Source: Bryobacterales bacterium
Lineage (GTDB): Bacteria; Acidobacteriota; Terriglobia; Bryobacterales; Bryobacteraceae
DNA length: 64,000 bases
Assembly (NCBI GenBank): GCA_963752205.1
Contig: CAVVZG010000031.1
Span: 11,282-75,281, forward strand
Direction of reading: 5' to 3'
The position numbers were made by a program, and so were the translations under genes. Positions within the stretch are counted from its first letter, which is position 1; every line of letters begins with the position of its first letter. Below are positions 41,137 to 50,250 of this stretch, piece after piece. The notes under the pieces were generated by a model, which searched no databases, was not told the DNA's origin, and saw nothing but the letters and a program-made list of their open reading frames with translations.

Positions 41137-42717
41137 TTGCCGCGGCGCTTGCTCGCGGTTTCCGCCTTCGCAGCCACCAACACCAGTCCCGTGGCGGACG
41201 CCGCCATGAATAAGGACCGCGACGCTCTGCGCAATCTGCTGAAGCAGAAAGCCGACGTGAACGCTCCACAAGCCGACGGCGCGACAGCCCTTCATTGGGC
41301 CGTCCGCTGGGATGACATGGACTCCGCGGACCTGCTCCTCAAAGCCGGAGCCAACCCGCAAGCCGCCAACCGCGCTGGCGCGACCCCGCTGTTTCTCGCC
41401 TCGACCACCGGTGACGCCGCCATGATTGAGAAGCTGCTCAAAGGCGGAGCCGACGCCAACGCCCCCATCCTCGCTCACGGCGAAACCGCTCTGATGATGG
41501 CCGCCCGCAGCGGCAACCTGAACGCCGTGAAAGTCCTGCTCGATCACGGCGCGCAAGTCAACGCCAAGGAAAATCTGCGCGGAACCACAGCCATCATGTG
41601 GGCCGCCGAAGAGGGCCACGCCGATGTGATCAAGTATCTGGCGGACCACGGCGCCGACATCAAACTAGCATCGGCCGTAATAACCCCGCCGCGCCGTAGA
41701 GGTTTGGGTTTCGCTCCCCCCACCGCTCCTCCCGGACCCGCCAAGGGCGGCCTCACGCCCCTGCATTTCGCGACTCGTCAGGGAGCGATGGAATCGGTTC
41801 GCGTACTACTGGCGGCGGGCGCGGACGTGAATCAGACGTCGGCCGACGGCAGCAGCCCCCTGCTGGTGGCCGTGCAGAACGGCTTTTACTCCATCGCGCA
41901 GTTCTTAATCGACAACAAAGCCAACGTGAATCTGACCAACAATAAAGGTTGGTCGCCGCTCTACCTCGCCGTGAAAAATCGCAACCAGGAAGTCACGGCG
42001 GTTCCCGGACCCAGCACCGATGGCGTTCTGGAATTCATCACCTTCCTGCTCGACCGCGGCGCGGATCCCAACGTTCGTCTCAAAGCCGCCACCGAAGTGC
42101 ATCAAGCCATGACCGCCGCTTGGCTCAGGGAAGAAGGCGCCACGCCGCTGCTGCGCGCCGCCCTCTGCGGCGACCTTACGGTTGTTCGCCTGCTGATCGA
42201 TCGCGGTGCGGACCCGCTGATCCCCACCTTGGATCACACCACTCCGCTGATGGCCGCCGCCGGCGTCGGCTGGGACAACGGCATGCTGCGCGAGTATTCC
42301 GAAGATCAAACGCTCGAAGTGGTGAAGCTCCTGATTGACAAAGGCTCCAACGTGAAGCTCGCCAACGATCACGGAATCACCGCGCTGCACGGTGCGGGCT
42401 ACAAGGGCGCGAACAAGGTGGTCCAGCTACTGGTCGACCGCGGCGCGGACTTGGCCGCCCAAGACAAAGGCGAGGACTTCGGATTCGGCGCCAGCTCCAC
42501 CCACATGACGCCGCTCAATTGGGCCGAAGGCGTGCCCATCGGCATGTCGTCCGCGATTTATCACGACGACACCGTGGCGTTGATGACGCGCCTGATGAAG
42601 GAACGCAACATCCCCGTCGTGAGCAACGTGTTCAAGGGCCAAAAAGACGGCAATTATAACTTTGGCGGCGCCGAACCAGCGCCCACGCCCACCACGCAAG
42701 CTCCCGTGACGAAGTAA
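41137..42717 (+). CDS. Exported ankyrin-repeat protein.
   Basis: 526-aa ORF (TTG start) with signal-like MPRRLLAVSAFAA. More than 10 ankyrin repeats (G.TALHWAV...D...LL.AGA.....). 25 nt after the DUF1552 stop. Confidence 0.8.
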   Translation: MPRRLLAVSAFAATNTSPVADAAMNKDRDALRNLLKQKADVNAPQADGATALHWAVRWDDMDSADLLLKAGANPQAANRAGATPLFLASTTGDAAMIEKLLKGGADANAPILAHGETALMMAARSGNLNAVKVLLDHGAQVNAKENLRGTTAIMWAAEEGHADVIKYLADHGADIKLASAVITPPRRRGLGFAPPTAPPGPAKGGLTPLHFATRQGAMESVRVLLAAGADVNQTSADGSSPLLVAVQNGFYSIAQFLIDNKANVNLTNNKGWSPLYLAVKNRNQEVTAVPGPSTDGVLEFITFLLDRGADPNVRLKAATEVHQAMTAAWLREEGATPLLRAALCGDLTVVRLLIDRGADPLIPTLDHTTPLMAAAGVGWDNGMLREYSEDQTLEVVKLLIDKGSNVKLANDHGITALHGAGYKGANKVVQLLVDRGADLAAQDKGEDFGFGASSTHMTPLNWAEGVPIGMSSAIYHDDTVALMTRLMKERNIPVVSNVFKGQKDGNYNFGGAEPAPTPTTQAPVTK

Positions 42718-42735
42718 GCCGACGAAAGGATCACC

Positions 42736-43779
42736 GTGAATCACTTTGCGCCCTCGCGGCGGGAACTCTTGACTGGATTGGCCGCTCTCGGCGCAAGCAC
42801 TCTGCTGCCAGCGCAGACGCCGGCAGGCGACCGCCGCATCCTGGACGTTCATCAGCATTACGTCTCTCCGGATTATCTAGCGCTGCTGACGCGCAAGAAC
42901 GCCGTGAGTCCGGTGGCCGGGTTTAACGTCTGGAAAGATTACTCGCCCGCGAAAAATCTGGACGCCATGGATAAGAGCGGTATCGCCACCGCCATGCTCT
43001 CGCCCACCGCTCCCGGAGTCTACTTCGGAGACGCTGAGGAAGCGCGCAAAGTCGCTCGCGAAATGAATGAGTACGCGGCCGCGAAGATGGTAGGCGCGTA
43101 CAAAGGGCGCTTCGGTCTGTTCGCCGTGCTGCCGATTCCCGACATCGACGGCAGCCTGAAGGAAATCGAATACGCGTTCGACACACTCAAGGCCGACGGC
43201 GTTGGCCTCCTGACCAGCTACGGAACGAAGTATTTAGGAGATCCTGCCTTCGCTCCCATCTTCGACGAGTTAAATCGCCGCAAGGCCGTGGTCTACACTC
43301 ATCCCATCGAGCCCACCTGCTGCATGAATCCCGTGATGGGCATCAATCCACAGGCGCTCGAATATCCCACCGACACCGCGCGCGCGCTCATCAGCCTGGT
43401 GGTCAGCAATACCGCCACGCGCTGCCCGGATGTGAAATTCATCTTCTCGCACGCCGGCGGCACTATCGTTTCGATCGCCGCCCGCTTCCTCGGCGCGGCC
43501 GTGAACGCGGAGAATCTGGCGAAGACCCCGGAAGTGAATTCGCGCATGTATCACGTGCGGCGTTTTTTCTACGACACCGCCGGGTCGGCGAATCCGGTCC
43601 AAATGCAGGGGCTCAAAACCCTGGTAGGCTCGTCGCAAATCGTCTTCGGCACGGACTTCCCTTTTGCCAACGCTCCCGCCACGGCTTCCGGGCTTTTAAC
43701 CAGCGGTTTCAGCGCAGACGAGCTTCGCGCCATCGATCGCGAAAACGCTTTGAAGTTCTTGCCGAAATACCGCGGCTAG
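42736..43779 (+). CDS. Amidohydrolase_2 (ACMSD / decarboxylase-hydratase-like) family protein with a Tat signal.
   Basis: SRRELLTGLAALGAS signal. ILDVHQHY metal motif, ...VYTHP..., FSHAGG, FGTDFPF. Confidence 0.8.
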   Translation: MNHFAPSRRELLTGLAALGASTLLPAQTPAGDRRILDVHQHYVSPDYLALLTRKNAVSPVAGFNVWKDYSPAKNLDAMDKSGIATAMLSPTAPGVYFGDAEEARKVAREMNEYAAAKMVGAYKGRFGLFAVLPIPDIDGSLKEIEYAFDTLKADGVGLLTSYGTKYLGDPAFAPIFDELNRRKAVVYTHPIEPTCCMNPVMGINPQALEYPTDTARALISLVVSNTATRCPDVKFIFSHAGGTIVSIAARFLGAAVNAENLAKTPEVNSRMYHVRRFFYDTAGSANPVQMQGLKTLVGSSQIVFGTDFPFANAPATASGLLTSGFSADELRAIDRENALKFLPKYRG

Positions 43780-43791
43780 AGAATTCCGTGG

Positions 43792-44523
43792 CTAGCTTCC
43801 GATGGGAGCCGCGATAAGAATCGGCATAGTGGGCGTGGCCGACCCAGCCGCTGGTTCAAGCGTGACCGCCACCGTCCCGATCACCGAAACATCCACCGGC
43901 CCGTTCAAGATGTACAGTGCGCGCATTCCGTCGGATTGGAACAGTCCCGCGGGCCGCGGCACGCCGCCCTTGGGGATCACCCACATCTCATACGTCTTGC
44001 CCGCGCCCGCCGCGGGAAGATTCGACGCGATCAACAGCACGCCCATCTGCGGATGCAGAAACACGTAGCCGCGCGGCGGAGCGGTTTGCCCTTTCCCAAA
44101 GCTGGCCGGCACGGTTTGCGGATCGGCAAGGAATTGCAGCGCCTGCGTCAGCCGGTCGCGCTCCGTATTCGAATCGATCAGCGCGCGGCGCGCGGCGGCG
44201 AGTTCGAAAGTGCGTCCGCGTTCTTCAAACCCCAGCCACGCCGCGATCACGAACAGGCACACCGCGCCCACGGCCCATACCCAACTCCAACTCGGATAAT
44301 GCACGCCCACCGAGGTCAACAAACGCCGCTTCAAACGCCTGCGCGGCGCAGCCTCGGGCACAAAACTAAGCACGCCCGCGTTGAGCGCGAGCGCTTCCGC
44401 CAGCGCGTTCTGGCAGTTGTCGCAGCCGCGCGCAAGATGCGCGTCGATCTCGCTTTTCTCCGCGGGCTCCAGCACCCCCAGCGCGTACAGTTCGAACAAA
44501 TCCTCTAGCTCCTGGCAGGTCAT
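43792..44523 (-). CDS. Anti-sigma factor (zf-HC2 N-terminus, one TM, RskA-like C-terminal domain).
   Basis: HLARGCDNCQ. TM WSWVWAVGAVCLFVIAAWLGF. KTYEMWVIPKGGVPRPAGLF. ATGA overlap with the ECF sigma gene at 44520-44523. Confidence 0.75.
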   Translation of the reverse strand: MTCQELEDLFELYALGVLEPAEKSEIDAHLARGCDNCQNALAEALALNAGVLSFVPEAAPRRRLKRRLLTSVGVHYPSWSWVWAVGAVCLFVIAAWLGFEERGRTFELAAARRALIDSNTERDRLTQALQFLADPQTVPASFGKGQTAPPRGYVFLHPQMGVLLIASNLPAAGAGKTYEMWVIPKGGVPRPAGLFQSDGMRALYILNGPVDVSVIGTVAVTLEPAAGSATPTMPILIAAPIGS

Positions 44524-45137
44524 GCGATAGCCACCTCCGCCAGTTCGTCGCGCAGAATTTTCAGCGCGCTGCGGGTCCAGGTTTTGACCGTGCCCAGCGG
44601 TTGGTTCAGCCGCTCCGCCATTTCGGTCTGCGACATGCCTTCGTAATACGCCAGTTCAATTACCTGCCGCTGCGTCGGCGTGAGTTTTTCGAAAGCGCTC
44701 TTCAAGCGCCGCACGCGGTCTAGGGCGAGCGCGGCGGAGTCCAGTTTCGCGAACAAGCCCGGGCGCTCCAGTTGATCCAGTTCCATCGCGCCCGCCTGCA
44801 TGCGGCCATCCGTCGACCGCAAATAATCGATGGCCCTGTTGCGCGCCACCGTCAACACCCATGCGCCCAGTGCGCCCCGCTCGGCATCGAAAGACTGCAC
44901 GCGGTTCCAAATACGCAGGAAAGTTTCCTGTACCAAGTCCTCCGCCGTCGAAGGGTTTCGCACAATGCGGAAAATCAGGGAATAGGTCAACCGTCCGTAG
45001 CGGTCGTAGAGATCGTTCATGGCTTTGGGCTCGTGCGCCTTCAGGCGCCTCACCAGATCGGCGTCGTCGGCCAGGCGCAAAACCACCTGTAGGATGCCGA
45101 ACGCCAGCCCCACCGGAAGTAATTTGAACAACAACAT
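44520..45137 (-). CDS. ECF-type RNA polymerase sigma-70 family factor.
   Basis: Region 2 DLVQETFLRIW. Region 4 LTPTQRQVIELAYYEGMSQTEMAERLNQPLGTVKTW. The exact start is uncertain because the first 20 aa are hydrophobic. Confidence 0.85.
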   Translation of the reverse strand: MLLFKLLPVGLAFGILQVVLRLADDADLVRRLKAHEPKAMNDLYDRYGRLTYSLIFRIVRNPSTAEDLVQETFLRIWNRVQSFDAERGALGAWVLTVARNRAIDYLRSTDGRMQAGAMELDQLERPGLFAKLDSAALALDRVRRLKSAFEKLTPTQRQVIELAYYEGMSQTEMAERLNQPLGTVKTWTRSALKILRDELAEVAIA

Positions 45138-45453
45138 ACGGTCTTCTATTAGGATATACGCGGAATCGGGTCCGGCGGATTGATGAGCAATCAGAAAGGG
45201 ATGAAGAGAAAGTACTTAAGGCGCCAGAGGCTGGAATTCTCCATACCCTAAAAATAGCGCCGTGCGCGCATACATGAAGGTAAGCATGGCGTCGAAAGCG
45301 ATCCGCGTGACGAAAGACGAAAGTTGACCACCCGCCGGTTGTCTCTGCGCATAGACCGCTAAACACATCGCACCAACCCACACGCCAGTTACCGCGGGTT
45401 CAGAAAGCTCCAAGATCCGACGAATCGATGCTGGAACTGTCATCCAATCGCGG

Positions 45454-45879
45454 TTATCGCCAACCGTTGGATTTGCCGCCTTCCTGCCGCAATAATCCAG
45501 TCCGAACCCGCAGATCAGCAGTAACCCACGTCGTCCACGGAGCCGGCCAATCCGAGCCGAAGCATGCCCCGACCAAGCGAATCAGCGTTAGCGTAAAACC
45601 GATTTGCACGATCACTTTAAGCTCACGGCGATGGCGGACCAGGAAGCGTGAGAGTTTTGAGGCGGGAGGAGCCGGGTCTTCGACCGAGGGATCCATTTGA
45701 AAAAAATGCCTGCCGGCGAAGAGGAAACCGATGCCGACGGCGACCATTATGACCGATGCCACAGCGGCTTCGTTGTCGGAGGTTTTGATGGCGTTCCCCA
45801 CGGTGAAGGGAAAGATAGTGAGCAGGACCACCCCGAAAAGGGCCGAAAACACTCCTATGATCTTCGCCATGATTCGCAT
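45454..45879 (-). CDS. Small hypothetical membrane protein.
   Basis: ORF 45454..46122, trimmed to M82 (MRIMAKIIGVFSALFGVVLLTIF...) so that it no longer overlaps the divergent GAF gene. Three hydrophobic segments. No family recognised. Confidence 0.4.
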   Translation of the reverse strand: MRIMAKIIGVFSALFGVVLLTIFPFTVGNAIKTSDNEAAVASVIMVAVGIGFLFAGRHFFQMDPSVEDPAPPASKLSRFLVRHRRELKVIVQIGFTLTLIRLVGACFGSDWPAPWTTWVTADLRVRTGLLRQEGGKSNGWR

Positions 45880-45972
45880 TTGGCTATCTCGCGCCAAGCC
45901 AACAATATCATTTCTGCTCCTCTTTAAAAAAGTGCTCGCAGGGTACATTAAATTTCTGCCATAATATAGCCG

Positions 45973-46575
45973 GTGTCCCGCACAAAAGAATTGGAAGCTC
46001 AGCTCTCGAGCACCGAGCAGCAACTTCGACTCCTGCAAAAAATCAGCCGCTATATGGTTCGCGACGTAGGGCTCGCGAAAGCGCTGGATAGCGTCGTGTC
46101 GCTGGTCGTGGAATTCATGCACTCGGATTCGTGCCTCTTATATCTGCTCCACGACAACGAACTGGTACTATGCGCGTCCAATAACCCGCAGCCCGAAACC
46201 ATCGGCCGCGTGCGCTTGAAACTGGGCGAGGGTTTGACCGGTTGGGTGGCGCGTGAGCGGCGTCTGCTTTCGATCTCGCGCGAAGCTTATGCCGATCCCC
46301 GGTTCAAGCTGTTCACGGATCTCCCCGAAGACGCCTACGAAGCGTTTCTCTCGGCGCCGATTCTGGTGCGCGGCCGCGTGGCCGGCGTCATCAACGTGCA
46401 GCATCGCGAACCGCACCCCCACTCCGGCGGCGAGATGGAATTGCTCACCACGGTGGGCGAACAGGTGGGCTGCCTCGCGGCCCTGGCGTCTCTCGATCCA
46501 GCGAAGCTGGCCGCTACGGATTTGCTCGAACTAGTGATGGCTCCCGTCACCTCCGGGTCCGCGCCCCGCCGCTAG
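45973..46575 (+). CDS. GAF-domain protein.
   Basis: N-terminal coiled segment, then a GAF pattern (DSCLLYLL.DNELVLCAS...GEGLTGWVARERRLL...ADPRF...AFLSAPILVRGRVAGVINVQH). Confidence 0.7.
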   Translation: MSRTKELEAQLSSTEQQLRLLQKISRYMVRDVGLAKALDSVVSLVVEFMHSDSCLLYLLHDNELVLCASNNPQPETIGRVRLKLGEGLTGWVARERRLLSISREAYADPRFKLFTDLPEDAYEAFLSAPILVRGRVAGVINVQHREPHPHSGGEMELLTTVGEQVGCLAALASLDPAKLAATDLLELVMAPVTSGSAPRR

Positions 46576-46581
46576 TTGTAT

Positions 46582-47724
46582 ATGCTGCGCTGGCTACTCG
46601 CAGCGGCGCTCCTTCCGCTGGCGTTTGGGCAGCCGCAGTCCAAGTGGACGCTCCAGTATTTCTACGATCAAGAAGGTAAGGTTCTCGAAATCACCGATCT
46701 CGCCTTCCCCTCGGCGACGCGCGGCATCGCAGTAGGAGCCATCGTCGATCGCGAAGGCCGCCGGCCGCAGTTCACCGCGCTGGTCACCAGCGACGGCGGC
46801 TCGCATTGGGCCTTGGTCCCGTTGAAAGAATACCCACGCTCGCTCTTCTTCCTGGATGAAATGAATGGGTGGATGGTCACCGGCGAAGGCCTGTGGTTCA
46901 CACGCGAAGCCGGCCGCAGTTGGACGCGCATCGCTGATCAGATCAAACCAAATAAAAAACTCGCGGACGCGCCGCGCGGCGGTCTCATCTTGCGCGTTTG
47001 GTTTCTCGACGAGCAGCACGGCTATGCCGTGGGATTGCAGAAGTCGGCGCTTGAAACTCACGACGGCGGCCGCACCTGGACTCCACTCGAAGAAGCCGCC
47101 AAGCCCACGTCGGATCCCGCCTTCACCGTGTATTCGCACATTGCTTTCGCTGATGCCCGGCGGGGATTGGTTTTGGGCTCTTACCTGCCGCCGAGCGCGC
47201 GCCAGGACTTGGGCTACGACTCGCCCCAGCAAACCTTGTCTCGCCGCCAGGTGCCGCGGCTCATGATCGAAATGGACACGCGCGATAGCGGCGAAGTCTG
47301 GAAGTCGGGTACGGCGCCCCTACTTGGCTCCGTGAACAGCCTGCGTGTAGCCGGATCAAGCGGGCTGGCTGTGTTCAACTACCTGGACTCCTTCGCATGG
47401 CCCGCGGAAGTTTATCGCATCGACTTGGCAACAGGACAAAGCGAAAGTGTGTTTAAGCAGAAGGACCGCCGGGTGACGGATACTGCAATCTTCGCGGACG
47501 GCCACGCGTTTCTCGCCTCCGTGGAGCCACCCGGCAAGCTGCGCTCAGCGCCGATCCCAGGCAGAATCAGAATGCTCGAAAGCGACGACCTGAAAAATTG
47601 GCGGGAAATGCCAGTCGATTACCGCGCCGTAGCACAATCCCTGGTCTTGGCCGGCCCCGACCCCGATCATTTGTGGGCCGCGACGGATACCGGGATGATT
47701 CTGCGCCTTTCGGCCGCGCATTAG
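46582..47724 (+). CDS. BNR/Asp-box repeat beta-propeller protein (Ycf48 / sialidase-like fold).
   Basis: ORF 46576..47724. ATG at 46582 (MLRWLLAAALLPLAFG signal). Asp-box-like TSDGGSHW, REAGRSW, THDGGRTW. Confidence 0.7.
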   Translation: MLRWLLAAALLPLAFGQPQSKWTLQYFYDQEGKVLEITDLAFPSATRGIAVGAIVDREGRRPQFTALVTSDGGSHWALVPLKEYPRSLFFLDEMNGWMVTGEGLWFTREAGRSWTRIADQIKPNKKLADAPRGGLILRVWFLDEQHGYAVGLQKSALETHDGGRTWTPLEEAAKPTSDPAFTVYSHIAFADARRGLVLGSYLPPSARQDLGYDSPQQTLSRRQVPRLMIEMDTRDSGEVWKSGTAPLLGSVNSLRVAGSSGLAVFNYLDSFAWPAEVYRIDLATGQSESVFKQKDRRVTDTAIFADGHAFLASVEPPGKLRSAPIPGRIRMLESDDLKNWREMPVDYRAVAQSLVLAGPDPDHLWAATDTGMILRLSAAH

Positions 47725-47837
47725 GTTGTTAAACAAGTGTTACAAGTTCTGTTTTATCCACAAATTGTCCACGCTCACTTCCCCGTAAATATCTGATTAC
47801 AAGCCAAATATACATTGAGGAAAGGCTTTCTTTTTCC

Positions 47838-47866
47838 TTGACGAAAATAGCCCCCGGGCGCATGAT
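47838..47866 (+). promoter_or_regulatory. Candidate sigma-70-type promoter in front of the ORF-free region.
   Basis: TTGACG (47838-47843), a 17-nt spacer, CATGAT (47861-47866). Preceded by an unusually AT-rich stretch (47725-47835). Sequence match only. Confidence 0.3.
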
Positions 47867-47872
47867 GGCTAT

Positions 47873-48486
47873 GGTTCCAAGAGGTTCGAAGGACAGCGAG
47901 CCAAGCGGGAAGTAGCGGAGCTGGAACGTTGATCCGTCGCGCGGTGGTACGTCACAACTATTACAACGCGGCGGGGAGCGAAGGCAGATCGGGCAACTCG
48001 CTATGGTAAGTTTATCCGGCTGAAACTGGGCAGAGCGCTAAGATCTGGAAGGATCGAGAGGTCCTGAAGGGGAGCGGAGGTCCAGCGACAGGCGGAGAGC
48101 TTTAGAACAGGAAGTTGGCAACGGGCGACTCGCGAAGAACGACCCTGTCAGGCGAAAAAAAGTCAGGCGAGGCCGGGAGTGGGAAGCCGAACGGGCCAAT
48201 TGAAATTCTAAGGCGGCTTTGAAGATGTAGGCCAGGAACGTCGACCCGGCCGCGGGGATTTGCCGCAAGGCAGGACTTCGCTGCAGGAGAGTGAAAGGTC
48301 GCATCGAGAGGCAAACTTCTACCGGAACGGAGAGCGGACGCGCACCAGAGCTACGATCCGCGGCTGAATAAAACCGGCTGCGGGGAGCGAAGGGCCTACG
48401 TCACATCCGGTCCGGATGCCGTGTTCAGGCCGTGCATGCCGGTCGGAGAGCGAGCAGTTCTACGGGTCACTTGGAACCATTTTTTT
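47873..48486 (+). ncRNA. Candidate large structured or protein-sponging ncRNA. Family not recognised; ends are approximate.
   Basis: No ORF of credible length or composition on either strand across 47725-48562. The plus strand is purine-rich with 24 GGA triplets in 47881-48480. Recurring motifs GGGGAGCG(A/G)AGG (x3) and CGGAGAGC (x3). Local stems such as CCGTCGCG(47935)...CGCGGCGG. T7 run at 48480-48486. Confidence 0.3.
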
Positions 48487-48562
48487 GCGCGGTCCCGCCT
48501 TCGCGCAACGCCCGGCGATAGACCTCCAATTCTGGTCGTGCTGCTCCGGGTGTGCGCAATCC

Positions 48563-48943
48563 TTACTGCAGCGACGAATCCTGCTCGACGTCCCGTTCCT
48601 GGTGACGCCAACTGAACTTTTCCTTACACTTCTTAAAACTGGCGAAGTTGCAGCGGCAGGCCACGCAGCGATAGGGAGTCGCGCCCAGGCGCAGCTGAAT
48701 CACGGTCCAGTGCGGCGGACTATAGTGGACTTCACTCCACGTCGAAAGTTCCTGACGGTAGCACTTGGGGCAGCGGGCATATTTCCAGGCGGCGGATTCC
48801 CATGTGCTGGTCCGCCAGCGCGTTTCGCAGCGGCGGCAGCGCAATGGATAAATGCCTGCTAGCGATCCGCACCACTCCCCAAACCCTCTGCGGTGGGCCA
48901 CACGCGCGTCGCGCGCGCCGCATTTGGGACAAGCAAGTTGCAT
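48563..48943 (-). CDS. Cys-rich zinc-ribbon protein (four CxxC pairs), function unknown.
   Basis: ORF 48563..49042, trimmed to M34 (ATG 48943) behind GGAGG. MQLACPKCG...CRRCETRW...CPKCYRQ...CVACRCNF. 22 nt downstream of the class IV aminotransferase gene. Confidence 0.55.
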   Translation of the reverse strand: MQLACPKCGARDARVAHRRGFGEWCGSLAGIYPLRCRRCETRWRTSTWESAAWKYARCPKCYRQELSTWSEVHYSPPHWTVIQLRLGATPYRCVACRCNFASFKKCKEKFSWRHQERDVEQDSSLQ

Positions 48944-48965
48944 TGGTCCTCCGAAGACCGTTGCG

Positions 48966-49853
48966 TTAATTATAGACCGGTTTCGCGCGCCGGCTGACCG
49001 AATGCTTGACGCGGGCGGAGAAGGCGTCGCGCAGCCGGTCACAAATCGCGCGTCCTCCTTGAATTTCCAGGCCCTCGATAGCGGCGGCCGGGAGCAGCTC
49101 GCGCGTAGTCGAAGTGATAAATATCTCTCGCGCGGACTTCAGGTCGTCCGGGAACAACGTCTTTTCGCCAACCGCGATGTCCCCATCGCGCACTTCCTCC
49201 AGCAGCACCGCACGTGTGACGCCCGCCAGGCACCCTGACGATAGCGGCGGCGTCCAGACGCGGTTTTCGGCGTCCACCACAAAAACATTAGCGGACGTGC
49301 ATTCGGAAATCTCGCCGCGTTCATTCAGCAGGATTACTTCGTCCAGACCTTGCTCGTGGGCGCGCTCGTAGCGCGTCAGATTCTCCGCCCAGGAAATATA
49401 TTTGGTTCCGGCAAACTCACTGGCTGCATGGCGTCCGTCGGGGACCAAGCCCAGCTTCACGCTGCTCGGCCAGCGCACCACGTCCACGGTGAAAGCCACC
49501 ACGTCGAAATCGCGAGTGATGCTGGGGCCTTCAAAGAGTCCCCCGCGATTGCGTACCACAGCGACGCGCAGTGTTGCGTTCAAGGGCTGGCTGGACGAGA
49601 CCTGATTGGCCTCGATCAAGCGATACAATTGCGACTCCAGCCAGTCCGCCTGCGCCGGGAAGGGAACTCGCATGCGCGCCGCATCGCTGCGCATCCGCTG
49701 CCAGTGCCGGTCGAAAGCGAACATCACGCCGTTGTAAACCCGCAGCGTTGAAAATATGCCCCAACCGGAGAGGAATCCTATTTGTCCCGGCGAGAGGCTG
49801 CGCTCAGCGGAGTCGCGAATGTCATCGTTATGCAGCAGGAAGCGGTGCAGCAT
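48966..49853 (-). CDS. Fold-type IV (class IV) aminotransferase family: aminodeoxychorismate lyase / branched-chain or D-amino-acid aminotransferase-like.
   Basis: 295-aa ORF. ...GWGIFSTLRV..G..F.FDRHWQRM..., GTKYISWAENL, ECTSANVFVV, GVTR, FITSTTRELLP. Confidence 0.8.
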   Translation of the reverse strand: MLHRFLLHNDDIRDSAERSLSPGQIGFLSGWGIFSTLRVYNGVMFAFDRHWQRMRSDAARMRVPFPAQADWLESQLYRLIEANQVSSSQPLNATLRVAVVRNRGGLFEGPSITRDFDVVAFTVDVVRWPSSVKLGLVPDGRHAASEFAGTKYISWAENLTRYERAHEQGLDEVILLNERGEISECTSANVFVVDAENRVWTPPLSSGCLAGVTRAVLLEEVRDGDIAVGEKTLFPDDLKSAREIFITSTTRELLPAAAIEGLEIQGGRAICDRLRDAFSARVKHSVSRRAKPVYN

Positions 49854-50250
49854 CTTCCTACATTCTAGCTCGCAGGCAGCAGTCTAGGCGGCGTGCACGC
49901 GTTCCTGATGCCGCTGTAGGCGAAAGGCGATCTGCGCCTGGCGCTTCCTGCTGAAAAGAACAATCTCGTCCAGAACCTGATCGGGATTTTGCTCCATATT
50001 TTCGTGCTGCAACAGCGGCTGCAGTAACCGGTGGCGTTTTTGCAGAACCGTCGTCGCTTCAATTTGATTCATCAGGCTGTGTTCACGCTGCAAGGACTCA
50101 CACACGGAGCATCGCATATGGGATTTCATTGTACTACGGGATGTTCAGCGAACCCTCAGGCTTCTGATTGAAACTTCACCATAAATTGACCCGACTGTAA
50201 CGCGCTCTTGCTAACCTAGCCGAAAGTTTCCCAAACAGGAGAGGTTAACA

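Noticed and set aside
41121-41137. A frameshift at the start of the ankyrin gene (GTG at 41121 gives MRITFIAAAL, then changes frame).
   Set aside because: The TTG start at 41137 already yields a plausible signal peptide (MPRRLLAVSAFAA), so no indel needs to be invoked.
48485-48508. Hairpin TTGCGCG-N10-CGCGCAA next to the T7 run, as an intrinsic terminator.
   Set aside because: On the plus strand the T run precedes the hairpin. On the minus strand the hairpin is followed by an A run. Neither orientation gives a canonical stem + U-tract, and the stem preceding the T run (GTTC...GAAC) is only 4 bp.
47725-48562. Known large RNAs in the ORF-free region: RNase P RNA, tmRNA, SRP RNA, group II intron.
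   Set aside because: I could not find GAGGAAAGUCCGGGC or ACAGAACCCGGCUUA (RNase P), a GGGGCUGA 5' end with a tRNA-like ...UCCACCA 3' end (tmRNA), or a GUGCG start with a recognisable domain V (group II). The region is kept only as an unclassified ncRNA candidate.
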